Part shown: one piece after another, positions 26,000-36,866 of the stretch | Layout: each line of letters begins with the position of its first letter | Position numbering within the stretch: position 1 is the stretch's first letter | Origin: Octopus sinensis | Taxonomy: Eukaryota | DNA length: 64,000 bases | Direction: 5' to 3' | NCBI RefSeq assembly: GCF_006345805.1 | Contig: NC_043002.1 | Span: 63,054,001-63,118,000, forward strand | Position numbers and translations under genes: made by a program | Notes under the pieces: model-generated | Database searches by the model: none | Seen by the model: only the letters and a program-made list of their open reading frames with translations | What the model was told of the DNA's origin: nothing

Positions 26000-26691
26000 A
26001 ATTCGAAAGATAACCGATCCCTGGGTAGCAAATTCACATCAGAAAGAACACGGTTGAAGTTACGTCCCTAGGGCATAGACTACGTGCTTTCGTGCGGAAA
26101 TTTGTATGTTTATTTTAAAAATATAAGTTTATGAAAGAATGGAGTTGAACGACTTGTTAACAAATGTCCTTCATTTTCGACATATGTTTCGAAGGCTGCA
26201 TATTCCTAATTCCGAAGGAATAAGGAGTACATTATGCAGATTTCTCATCAGGAAAGACAAGGAACTTATGTCGACATCAAAACGCACAAAAAACTTTTAG
26301 CTGACTGCTCTCAAGGAGCCCATGGCGATAATGATTGTCTGTTTATAAGGAGTGACGTCAGAGTGGCTGAATGTAGAAGAATCTAGAAGGATCTAAAGGT
26401 TCAAGGTTTCAAACGAAGTAGGAGGAGGGAGGCATAAGAATAGTAAGGTGAGAGGGTGCAGGTCAAAAGAATGGTGGGTTTAAATGATTTCTTTTATGAA
26501 TGAGTGCCTGTGTGTGTGACTGTATATAACTGTCATAATGTGTGTATGTGTGTGTGTGTGAATGCGTGATTGTGTTTGTGGATGGGTAGATGTCAGAAAA
26601 CTGACAGCTGTGAGGTGAGAGGTCTGTGTATGTGTGTTCGATTGTGTTTACTGTAGAGAAAGGGAAGTATAGAGAGAAAGGGAGGAAGAGT
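26000..26691 (-). mobile_element. PLE-type pseudo-LTR cassette: CRE - TATA - hammerhead - AATAAA
   Basis: Minus strand: TGACGTCA 26353-26360, TATAAA 26342-26347, HHR 26175-26255, AATAAA 26109-26114, then (TA)n. Boundaries approximate. Confidence 0.7.
26175..26255 (-). ncRNA. Type I hammerhead ribozyme, core intact
   Basis: TTTC-CTGATGA-GAA..CTGCATA..TCCT..TTCC(TTC)GGAA..AGGA..TATGCAG..TTC-GAAA-CATATGT-C-GAAA. Stem I 4 bp, long stem II with canonical G-C closing pair, palindromic stem III ACATATGT, GUC triplet. Confidence 0.85.
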
Positions 26692-26783
26692 CGGACATGT
26701 ATGCATACATGTATACATATATTTACATATATATAAATATGCATATATATGTGTGTATATATACATATATATATATATATATT

Positions 26784-26831
<48 letters not shown>

Positions 26832-27099
26832 CACACATATATATACACACACACAGACACGCACACACAGACACACACACATGCACACACAAATACACAC
26901 ATACACACACACACACACACTTATATATATTACAAACCAAACATGTGCTTGTAGGGAATAATTTTGTTCAGAACCGTGTTCTGTGGAACGGTAGCGTCGA
27001 TTTGTATTTCGCTGACAGTATTTGTTTTCTGCATGGCATGAATGGATTATCATTGTTTTTCTTGGTGTTCTTGTGGTTCTTGTTTGTTGTTGTTGATCT

Positions 27100-27368
27100 T
27101 GCAGTTGTTATTATTTTCATCTTTGTCATAATTATCATCGTCATCATTATCATCATCTCCTTCATCATCATCGTCATCATCTTCATCATTATGATGATGA
27201 TGATGATCATCATCATTTTCATCATCATCCTCATCATCATCATTGTCCTCATCTTCATCATCATCATGATTATCATCCACACTTATCACAACCATCGTCG
27301 TCGTCATCATCATCATCATCATCAACATCATCATCATCATCATCATCATCATTATCATCATCATCATT
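27100..27368. repeat. Imperfect (ATC)n tract
   Basis: Direct reading; source of spurious poly-I/H/D ORFs. Confidence 0.9.
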
Positions 27369-27767
27369 TCCTAAATCGAACAAATTGCGCCCATCCAAAA
27401 AATCACTTTACTGCATTAAGTTGCACAGATTGCCTAAATGTTCTTTTTTCCTTGTTTCTTCCTTTCTTTCTTTCTTCTTTCTTTCTCTCTCTACTTCCTC
27501 TGTCTCTCTCTTTCTCTCTGACACACACACACATACGAGGGTACAGACACCGATATGCACAGAAATTTACGCAATCAAACAGCCAGGCTCAAACACAAAC
27601 ATTCGCATACAATTAAATAAAGAATGAAAAAAAAAGTTTTTCAAAAGTATAAAAAAATTAAAATACATTAAATAAATACAACGCAAAACCAAGTAATTTC
27701 CATTCCTCAAAATGGTCAATTTAGATGATTAGATTTTAACGTAGTTCTCACTATATTTATAATTGAT

Positions 27768-27805
<38 letters not shown>

Positions 27806-28381
27806 ATATATATATATCTATATATAGTTATATATAATATATATATATATATATCTATATATAGTTATATATATATATATATATATATATCTATATATAG
27901 TTATATATATATATATTATATATATATCTATATATAGTTATATATATATATATATAGTTATATATATATATATTATATATATATATAGTTATATATATAT
28001 ATAGTTATATATATATATATTAGTTATATATATATATATATATATATAGTTATATATAATATATATATATATATACATACATATACATATATATACACAA
28101 ATAGAAATGCATATGCACCTATATATGTGTTTAACATGTATATTCATGCGCACATACGTAAAGACATAAGCATACACATGTGTAGACACAGACAGTTACA
28201 TATATATATATAAATATGTGTGTTAGCGTGTTTTCGTGTATATGTGTGTATAGTATAATATAAATCATATAATGTACAATATATAATATATATGGATGCA
28301 TACGGACATGTATGCATACATGTATACATATATTTACATATATATAAATATGCATATATATGTGTGTATATATAAATCTGT

Positions 28382-28472
<91 letters not shown>

Positions 28473-28485
28473 ATATATATATAAA

Positions 28486-28521
<36 letters not shown>

Positions 28522-28546
28522 ATGTGTATATATAATATATATATAT

Positions 28547-28622
<76 letters not shown>

Positions 28623-29084
28623 GCATGCATATACACATATATATATAGTGTACGTATTGTAGTTTAGTTCGACACTTAAATTTTCGTAGCCAACATCATT
28701 ATATTCTTTTTCGTTTTTCAAACTCGTGTTTTGATTGAAATTATACTATTATCGTTTTTTTTTCTTCTTTACTTTTCTCTTTTGTCTTAATAGAAAGAAA
28801 CTTAGGTTGGTCAAAATTACGTAACTTTCCAAATCTCTTAATTCCATCTTGAAATTGCAGTTAGAAATGTGATGAAGAATAAGAAAGAAAAAAAAAAAGA
28901 AACAAAAGCCAGATGCTTAGAAAGTATATATTTATTCTGTTTTGTTGTATTCACAATTTTGTTGTGTTGTCTTAATTGTTCTAATTACTTTAATCAATCT
29001 AATTACCCATATATTATTACCAACATTATCGGTACCAACATTAGCAACACCAACATCTTGGTGATTAACACTATCATCAAAATT

Positions 29085-29212
29085 ATTATTATTATTATTA
29101 GTAGTAGTATCAGTAGTAGCAGCAGCATCAGTAGTAGTAGCAGCAGCAGTAGTAGTAGTAGTAGTAGTAGCAGTAGTAGTAGTAGTAGTAGTAGTAGTAG
29201 CAGCAATAGCAA

Positions 29213-29247
<35 letters not shown>

Positions 29248-29640
29248 TTGTCAACGTTACTGTGAAATGTATAGCGGGATTTTGTTCCGATTTCGAATCC
29301 CGTTCTCGTCCATGCATTGGACCTTTGCTATCATTCACAAAAATATTTCAAGTCAGATATTCGCATTCTTTTCCCAATATAGTCTTCTTCTTCTTCTTCT
29401 TCTTCTTCTCTCCTTTCCTTCTCCTTCTCCTCCCCCTCCTCATCCTTCTCCTTCTTCTTCTTCTTCTTCTTCTTCTTCTTCTTGTTCTTGTTCTTCTTCT
29501 TCTCCTCCTCCTCCTCCTCCTCCTCCTCCTCATTCTTCTTCTTCTTCTTCTTCTTCATTATGGTTGTCGTTCTCGCCGTCATTTTCACGGTCATCGTCGC
29601 CATCATCATCATCCTTATGTTCTCAGCATCATCATTGCCA
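29085..29640. repeat. Compound triplet repeat (ATT, AGT/AGC, TTC/TCC, ATC)
   Basis: Direct reading; source of spurious poly-S/L/E ORFs. Confidence 0.9.
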
Positions 29641-30254
29641 TTATGACGACCATCATGTTCGTGGTAAAACGTGCATAGTTTTTAGGACATTAGAAGTTGT
29701 CTTCTGGAATTCTTTTCTGCACTTTTTATTCTAAGTGAAAATCTTGACAGGGTCAACTTTCATCTTAACGTCTATCTTGTCTTTTTTTAACTTGTTTCGT
29801 TCATTAGGCAGTTACTTACTGTGGTATAAGCATAATATCACCCGTTATTAAGCAGTGGAAAGAGGGAGAACACTGAAATGGCACGTACACAGACATGCGT
29901 AAAAGCACAATATACACATATGGATGTATGTGTGTGTGTGCGCATGTGTGTGCGCATGTGTGTGTGTGTGTTTGTGTGTATACGATGGATTTCCCCTGAG
30001 TTTACGTGTTCTATATTTCACTCACATGATTTTGGTCAGCTGGACCGAGACTATAGTGGAAAAAGTTTACCAAACATGCTGGAGACAGGGATTGAACGTG
30101 TATTGTCGGGTTTGTTGTCGATGGTTTTATTATGGTGTTTTGTTGATGCCCTATGAGAAAGAATGATATGTTTTCATAGTTTTCAGTATGATGATGACAT
30201 GAAATTTTGGGACAATGCCCGAGATCTTATAGGAGGAACTGAGTCAATCACATC

Positions 30255-30400
30255 GAGCTGTGATCATCTCGCTTTTATTTTATCGATCCCGAAAGGATGG
30301 AATGCAAACTCATCTCGGTGAGTCATTTTAACTCAGAGCGTAAACACGGACGAAATGCCGCTAAGCATTTTGTCCGTTGTGCTAACGATTCTGCCATCTT
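30255..30400 (-). mobile_element. SINE family A, decayed
   Basis: TTATCGATCCCGAAAGGATG...AACTCAGAGCGTAAAC..GACGAAATGCCGCTAAGCATTT. Confidence 0.7.
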
Positions 30401-32689
30401 GTATTTTTGTATAACAATGAAAAATATCCTGTAGGAAATGCTTTACTCAGATGAAAATATCTTGTCTCGAATATAATTTGTACCTTTAGGAATAATTTTT
30501 CATTGATTTTAAAGTTAGTTACTATTAATGATTTTACATGTTCGATCGCCTTTATTTTTTTCAACTGTACTCTTGACTGGTCTAACCCTTCAGTTTATTT
30601 TAATGCTTTTAATATTTACACACTGCAATGAATTAGGCTTTCACTTTTTCTTGCAGTCAAAATATTGGGTTACACAAGATATCTTATCCATGAATCATTC
30701 ATTATGACTTCTACCTTATTTAAGTGCATTTTTCGATTTCGTTCTATATCACATCACCCGCTGTATTTTATTGACATTTTTCTCTCAGTGGCGTTATAAA
30801 ATCACTCAGAAATCTTTATTGCTATATAGCTTGCTATAGCACGGTATCCGATTCCGGTACCTTATGTAAATGTTTCCTACTCTTCACATCTCTGATTCTC
30901 TTTTATTTTTTATGGATAACACTTCATTACTTGCTCCTTTGGCTGAACACTGTCTCTAATATTGGAATTCTCTTAATGATTCAGTCCATCATCTATGGCT
31001 AAACTAAATCATATTCATCACACGTTTGACCAGTCACTGGAACTTCAATAATGTTTTTGAGCAACTGGTGAAATATTACTGCGAGATAGAGCACCAATAG
31101 CGCTCTAATGTGATGCCCTGCAATCTAAAACTAGGGAATGGTGCACTGAATGATGTAGACAGAACACAATATTTATAACAAAATATATATAAATGGGATT
31201 CCCATTTTTTGAATATCATAGATCGTACCGCCACTCGATTCGAGTTAAAGTGGTACAAAACAGCAAAACATTATTCATTATCATTTTTCTCTTATTTATT
31301 TTCTTCCAATACAAACGTTCGCAGTCAGCAAATTGTACCACTTGAATTAAAGGGAACAAGACAAAAACTGGTACCATTGTTTAATATTCTGCTTCTGCGG
31401 TAAGAGACGTTCAAAAAGCTGAACACCTGATGTTTTTTAGAGAAGAAATCCCAATTTGGCAAGTGTTTCGGTCCTAACCATATTACAGTCGAAGAGGGTC
31501 TGGCCACAACCAAGTCATGACCTTTAGGAGCTCATTTGAAAAAAGGAGGCTCATGTGAAAAAATGTATCAAATAGTGTGGAGCATTAGAGGAGGGTTGAC
31601 ATCCCTGATTGACATGCTTTGCAGGCCGTTCTCTTCAGACATTTATTTTATGCCCATTTTAGTTGGTTTTAACACTTAGTGGGGTGCGTGGAGGGATCGA
31701 TAGTCTGTCGGTATTTGTGATACAAGGAATGGCTTCTGAACTTAAACACAAAAGTACAGATAATGCTGATTTCAGATTTCGCTAACGTGTTTTGGTTTTC
31801 ATCATATTCCAGTCTAGATCTGAGATTTATTTCCCTCTCTCCTTAATTCTATCTTCTTACACCTTTTAGCTGTAATCTAAGCGGACAGACTTTCGAAATT
31901 GCTTCGTCATGACAAGCAGGGACAAATAAGACAAATACGTTTCTTTCGACATCATCGTCATTATTATTATCGTCGTCGTCATCGTCATAATGATCATCGT
32001 GATCAGTGTCATCATCCTCTATATCGTCATCATGATAATCATATTCGTCATATTCATGATGATGATGATCTTAATCATCCTCATGATCTCACCACTACCT
32101 TCATTATCATCATCATCATCATCATTTCGACCATCGCAGATAAACATCAGTATATTCTTCACTACAGTTTTCATTTGTCTCCATTGTTACAGGATTAATT
32201 TCAGAATGTACAGGAATGTGTTTCTTTTTTTTAAATTTCTTTCATCAGGATATCAGATTATATTGAAATGTAATTGTTACTAAGAATGCCATCCTCTCTA
32301 TACACATACGCAAAAATATAAACGCACATATGCAGGCATGTATGTATGTATGTATGCATGAATGCGTGGTTGTGCGTGTGTAATTATGGTCAAGATATTT
32401 TACTCAGAAAAAAACGTGGCTTTCAATTCAGCTACGCTGTGTGGCCCCTTCTGTAAATATCTTCTATATAAATGTGAGTATGTAGGCCTATACATGTATA
32501 TGCATATCAAAGTGTCTTACTAAGTTTCCTACAGATATAAATAGGATATATAGGTTATTGGTAACTTTGAAACTTCGGCTTATCAGCGATGAATAAGCTG
32601 ATGACGTACGGTAAACCGAATCTTCGACGTCATTGTCAATGTTTTCTTTGTAAAGTTAGATAAGAAGCAAAACTTTATATATATATATA

Positions 32690-32815
32690 TATATTCATTT
32701 ATTCCTTTATTTGTTTCATCATTTGGCTACGGCCATGCTGTAGCAGCGCCTTTAGTCGAACAAATCGACCTCAGAACTTATGCTTTGTAAGCCTAGTGCT
32801 CATTGTGTCAGTCTC
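32690..32815 (-). mobile_element. SINE family B 3' fragment
   Basis: CGGCCATGCTG.AGCA.CGCCTTTAGTCGA.CAAATCGACC.CAG.ACTTAT. Confidence 0.75.
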
Positions 32816-32826
32816 TTTTATATATA

Positions 32827-33040
32827 AAATCAATCTAAACATGAACAAGCAATAAAAAACAACGCGAAGACGTAGAATAAGTACAGTGTTATTGGACGCT
32901 CAGGAAAGGAATGAAAGTGTATTTCATATTTCGAGCAGAGCTCTTCATCAGAAATATAGAAAAAGTCCAAAGAAGAGAAGACGGAGAAAGAGAATCGTCA
33001 ACGATACACATTCATCTATCGGCTATTAATACATATAGAT
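32827..33040 (-). mobile_element. PLE-type 3' terminus with decayed minimal hammerhead (32921-32955)
   Basis: Minus: ATTT-CTGATGA-A-GAGC(TCT)GCTC-GAAA-TATG-AAAT; the element runs into a short TATATA at ~32826. Confidence 0.65.
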
Positions 33041-34431
33041 GTTTGCGTGTGTAAAAGACGGTGGGGTCAGGTATGACACAGTGAGCAGCTAAATAGCGGC
33101 AACAGTTATTCGACTATGAGGGGAATATTATTCGTGTCTCTGGGTTAATTTTCCAGCATCTGCCTTTCCGTTCTCTGTCGCAGAAGAGGAGATAATAACT
33201 CCGAAGTACATGTATTTAATATTCGGTTGTATCTAATATTTGGTAACTCTATTTGGCGATTATATATAAAGTATCTGTATTACAATTTGATTTCAATGTA
33301 TTAATAGCCGATAGATTAATTTAAACTAATGTCCCTTTAAACATATTTTTGAATGTGGACGGTTATATATGATTGTTCACATACCGATAAATATTTCGAC
33401 GTTTAACGAGAATATGATCTCTAGCTCTTTTAGAAAACGATAATATATGAGAATTATTTTAATAGATGAGCTATCAGCGTTTATCATGGAGAGTACACGT
33501 TGTATTTTGTATCTTTGAATAAAACACATTTTCAAGACATAAGATAACTTAAATTCTGACTCCCTCCAGCTTTCCTTTGGAGACGTAACGGCATAGCTTA
33601 TAATTTAAATAATGAATACTCGTATACATGAAATTTAGCGGGACTTTTAAAACACAAATTATTTTCAGCAATTTTGCCAATCCTTAGAAGACACCGATAT
33701 ATGCGGTCATTACTTCGCGTAGTAACCGCGTACAAAACGAGAGCGCACAGCATTTTCAATTAAAATAAACCTGCATTGAATAATGTATATGTACCAAATT
33801 TGTGTAGCACAATTTCCATATAAAAATGTCGATGTTATAGGAGAAAACAGATGTTCAATTTATTGGAGCAGTGGTGTTTCGATCCAGTATGGAACCGCGT
33901 AATTGCCAGATTGTTATTCTTAAGTGCCCAACAATGACTGTGTTCATATCTACAATCCATAAAGAATTCAAGCATAGGATGATTGCTGGAAATATAAATC
34001 GCCAATTTGAATTTATAATTGTAGAGATTCTTTCAAGGAGACAATTGATTTTACAATTATAGACATACAATAAACACGCGCATACAACACAATATACACA
34101 CGTACATAAATGATTTTCACAACCGAATGATATATACAGAGACATACTAGTGCTCACAAATACACATAGAGTAAATGCATACACCTTCAGAAAAATTTGT
34201 AGCATTATTTCATACAATAGCATATACAGTGAAGGAAGTTTTGCTTTCATGCCGATAGCTTAATACGTGATATGAGTTTATCTTAATTTTGGAAACGAAC
34301 CAATTCACAAACATGTTGACATGCATACATATGTTATATACACGCGTTCTTACATACAAGTAAATACACTGAAAATTAATGAATAGTGTTATACACACAC
34401 ACACACATACGCACGCACAAAAAAATATGTA

Positions 34432-34510
34432 TATACTTTTATTAAAGCTACAAAATTATCACAAAACTGTTACTCAGATTTTCATGTTGCCTTTCGAAGA
34501 ACAGCTGTGA
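34432..34510 (-). mobile_element. Short PLE-type terminus with heavily decayed hammerhead
   Basis: Minus: CTGT-TCTTCGA-...-GAAA-ATCTGAGT-A-ACAG, then AATAAA (34438-34443) and a TA tract. Core badly mutated. Confidence 0.35.
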
Positions 34511-34748
34511 TGAATAATGTGACTTATATGTGTATGTATATATATATATAAAGTATTACGTTATATAATTAGGGTTCAGAAAAATAATTTACTTTACCAC
34601 ATACTGAAACTTTTAGAAATAGCAGCCAGAAAGTTTTTTCAGCTATTTCTTTTACTATAAGACAAATCTCCCAGACAGTGTATACTCAAAAATAATTCAC
34701 GCAATTATGGAGGAAAAATAACAAAATATCACATGTACATAAGATCAT

Positions 34749-34810
34749 TTGAGAACGTACGTTTCTGGATTAGTTGAAGTTAAAAATCAACATTTCCTTC
34801 GTCAGCTCAA
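34749..34810 (-). ncRNA. Type I hammerhead ribozyme (copy 1)
   Basis: TTGAG-CTGACGA-A-GGA..GTTGA/TCAAC..TCC-A-GAAA-CGTACGT-T-CTCAA on the minus strand. Confidence 0.75.
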
Positions 34811-35441
34811 CATTTCTTAGATTTGGATTAGAGAACACTAAAAATCGAACATACCCGTCTGATATGAGTAATCTCAGACAAACCATCTTCAACCACCAGT
34901 ACCAACCAATTCAAAAAGTACGAATGAGGCATTGCATTCCTCCCGCTTCCATCCACGTGAGTTATAGAGTAAACAAATTCTTACAGTGAGAACCGTAGTA
35001 AAAACAGTGAGAGAGAATTATATTATCAATAATAAAAGGGTAAAATCAATTAATTATTAATTAATTTTACCAAGTAGTGTTCAGTATGTAAGAGGACCAT
35101 TTAAGGTATATTTAAAATATTACGTTATATAATTAGGGTTCAGTAAAATAATTTACTTTACCACATACTGAACACTACTTGGTAAAATTAATTAATAATT
35201 AATTGATTTTACCCTTTTATTATTGATAATATAATTCTCTCTCACTGTTTTTACTACGGTTCTCACTGTAAGAATTTGTTTACTCTATAACTCACGTGGA
35301 TGGAAGCGGGAGGAATGCAATGTCTCATTCGTACTTTTTGAATTGGTTGGTACTGGTGGTTGAAGATGGTTTGTCTGAGATTACTCATATCAGACGGGTA
35401 TGTTCGATTTTTAGTGCTCTCTAATCCAAATCTAAGAAATG

Positions 35442-35500
35442 TTGAGCTGACGAAGGAAATGTTGATTAACTTCAACTAATCCAGAAACGTACGTTCTCAA
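35442..35500 (+). ncRNA. Type I hammerhead ribozyme (copy 2)
   Basis: Stem I TTGAG/CTCAA, core CTGACGA...GAAA, stem II GGA/TCC + GTTGA/TCAAC, palindrome AACGTACGTT, triplet GUU (cut after 35495). Non-canonical A.A at the base of stem II. Confidence 0.75.
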
Positions 35501-35811
35501 ATGATCTTATGTACATGTGATATTTTGTTATTTTCCCCTCCATATCTGCGTGAATTATTTTTGAGTATACAGTCTGGGAGATTTGTCTTATAGTAAAAGA
35601 AATAGCTAAAAAATTTTTTTGGGCTGCTATTTCTAAAAGTTTCAGTATGTGATAAACTAAATTATTTTACTGAACCCTAATTACATAACGTAATACTTTA
35701 AATATACCTTAAATGGTCCTCTTACATACTGAACACTATTTGGTAAAATTAATTAATAATTAATTGATTTTACCCTTTTATTATTGATATACATATATAT
35801 ATAGGTTGATT

Positions 35812-36000
35812 TTGTGTATAGATCGCTAGCCACTACACATTCTTTATTTTCTCTCCTTGCTTCTTTCTGTGTTCCTTTCTGTGGAAAAGCGTAGGCTCGA
35901 AACTTTAAAGACTTTTTCACTTTCCGAGCGTTATACTAATACATATGTTTGTTGTCTACATCACCTGTCTTCGTCTTTTGTTTTTTTTTGTGGATTCTCC

Positions 36001-36005
<5 letters not shown>
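35812..36005 (+). mobile_element. PLE-type 3' terminus with decayed minimal hammerhead (35875-35910)
   Basis: CTTT-CTGTGGA-A-AAGC(GTAG)GCTC-GAAAC-TTT-AAAG; ends in (TA)n at ~36005. Downstream TTCC(T)GAGCGT is shared with 32827-33040. Confidence 0.6.
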
Positions 36006-36048
<43 letters not shown>

Positions 36049-36333
36049 GTATGAATAAATACGTGTGTGTGTATGTTTGAGTATGTGCGTGTTTGTATGT
36101 CCATGTATAATGAGACAGGAAAGATATAGACATTGGTAAAAGTAAAATGATACAATACACACACCATAGAACACTTATGATATTTTCCAATACTTCCATT
36201 CGTGTAATTTTATATAACATGCGTGTCTGTGTATTCACTGAAAGAGATATCCATACTCATGAACGTAAACATATATATATATATATATATATAATATATA
36301 TATATATAATATATATATATTATATATAGATAT

Positions 36334-36367
<34 letters not shown>

Positions 36368-36815
36368 AATACAACATTACATACATAATATATAAATATA
36401 TGTATATACTTCGTGTGATATTCGTGTGTGTAAGGGAAGGGAGATTTTAGGTGTGGATGTGGGTACGTGTAGCCGGGCGTTTACGTTTATTGAAGTTGAT
36501 TTTCCTTTAGATCTCTGAATACCTACAAAGATAGAATAATTGAATATATAGTCTTTATATGCCATATTTAGCGTAAGACATTAGAGGAAGTTTTTAAGCT
36601 GTCCAGATGAACATTAATCCAAATTTGTTACTGGGTTTGTTCTAATAATATACTTTTGTCTATGTCATTAATTCATTTATTATAATTGTATTCATTCATT
36701 CACACACACTCATGCGAGCGCTCACGCATATATGTTCACATATACGCATTCACACCCACACGCATACACACATATGCATATATATCTATATATATACATA
36801 TACATATATATATGA

Positions 36816-36866
<51 letters not shown>

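Larger units (their letters stand above)
25530..27054. repeat. Inverted duplication (arms ~25530-25790 and ~26765-27054)
   Basis: ATGATAATCCATTCATGCCATGCAGAAAAC...GGTTTGTAATATAT recurs as its reverse complement ending at 27054, with a few substitutions. Confidence 0.9.
34551..35789. mobile_element. Retrozyme-like tandem element (~563-bp monomer) as head-to-head inverted dimer
   Basis: 34551-35089 is the reverse complement of 35163-35698. Each half runs past one monomer (periods 564 and 561 bp). Each carries a type I HHR, and both ends abut TA tracts. Confidence 0.85.

Noticed and set aside
26010-26060. Second CTGATGT...GAAT motif and hairpin GAATTATC/GATAATTC on the minus strand
   Set aside because: Both core segments are mutated and the A15.1-U16.1 pair is missing; cannot be called a hammerhead.
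32210-32252. CTGATGA...GAAAC on the minus strand
   Set aside because: The intervening sequence is an A-run with no stem II; chance match.
32560-32640. GAAAC-TTCG-G...CTTAT/ATAAG-CTGATGA (type II hammerhead-like order)
   Set aside because: No NUH triplet and no stem II pairing; possibly a decayed relic but unsupported.
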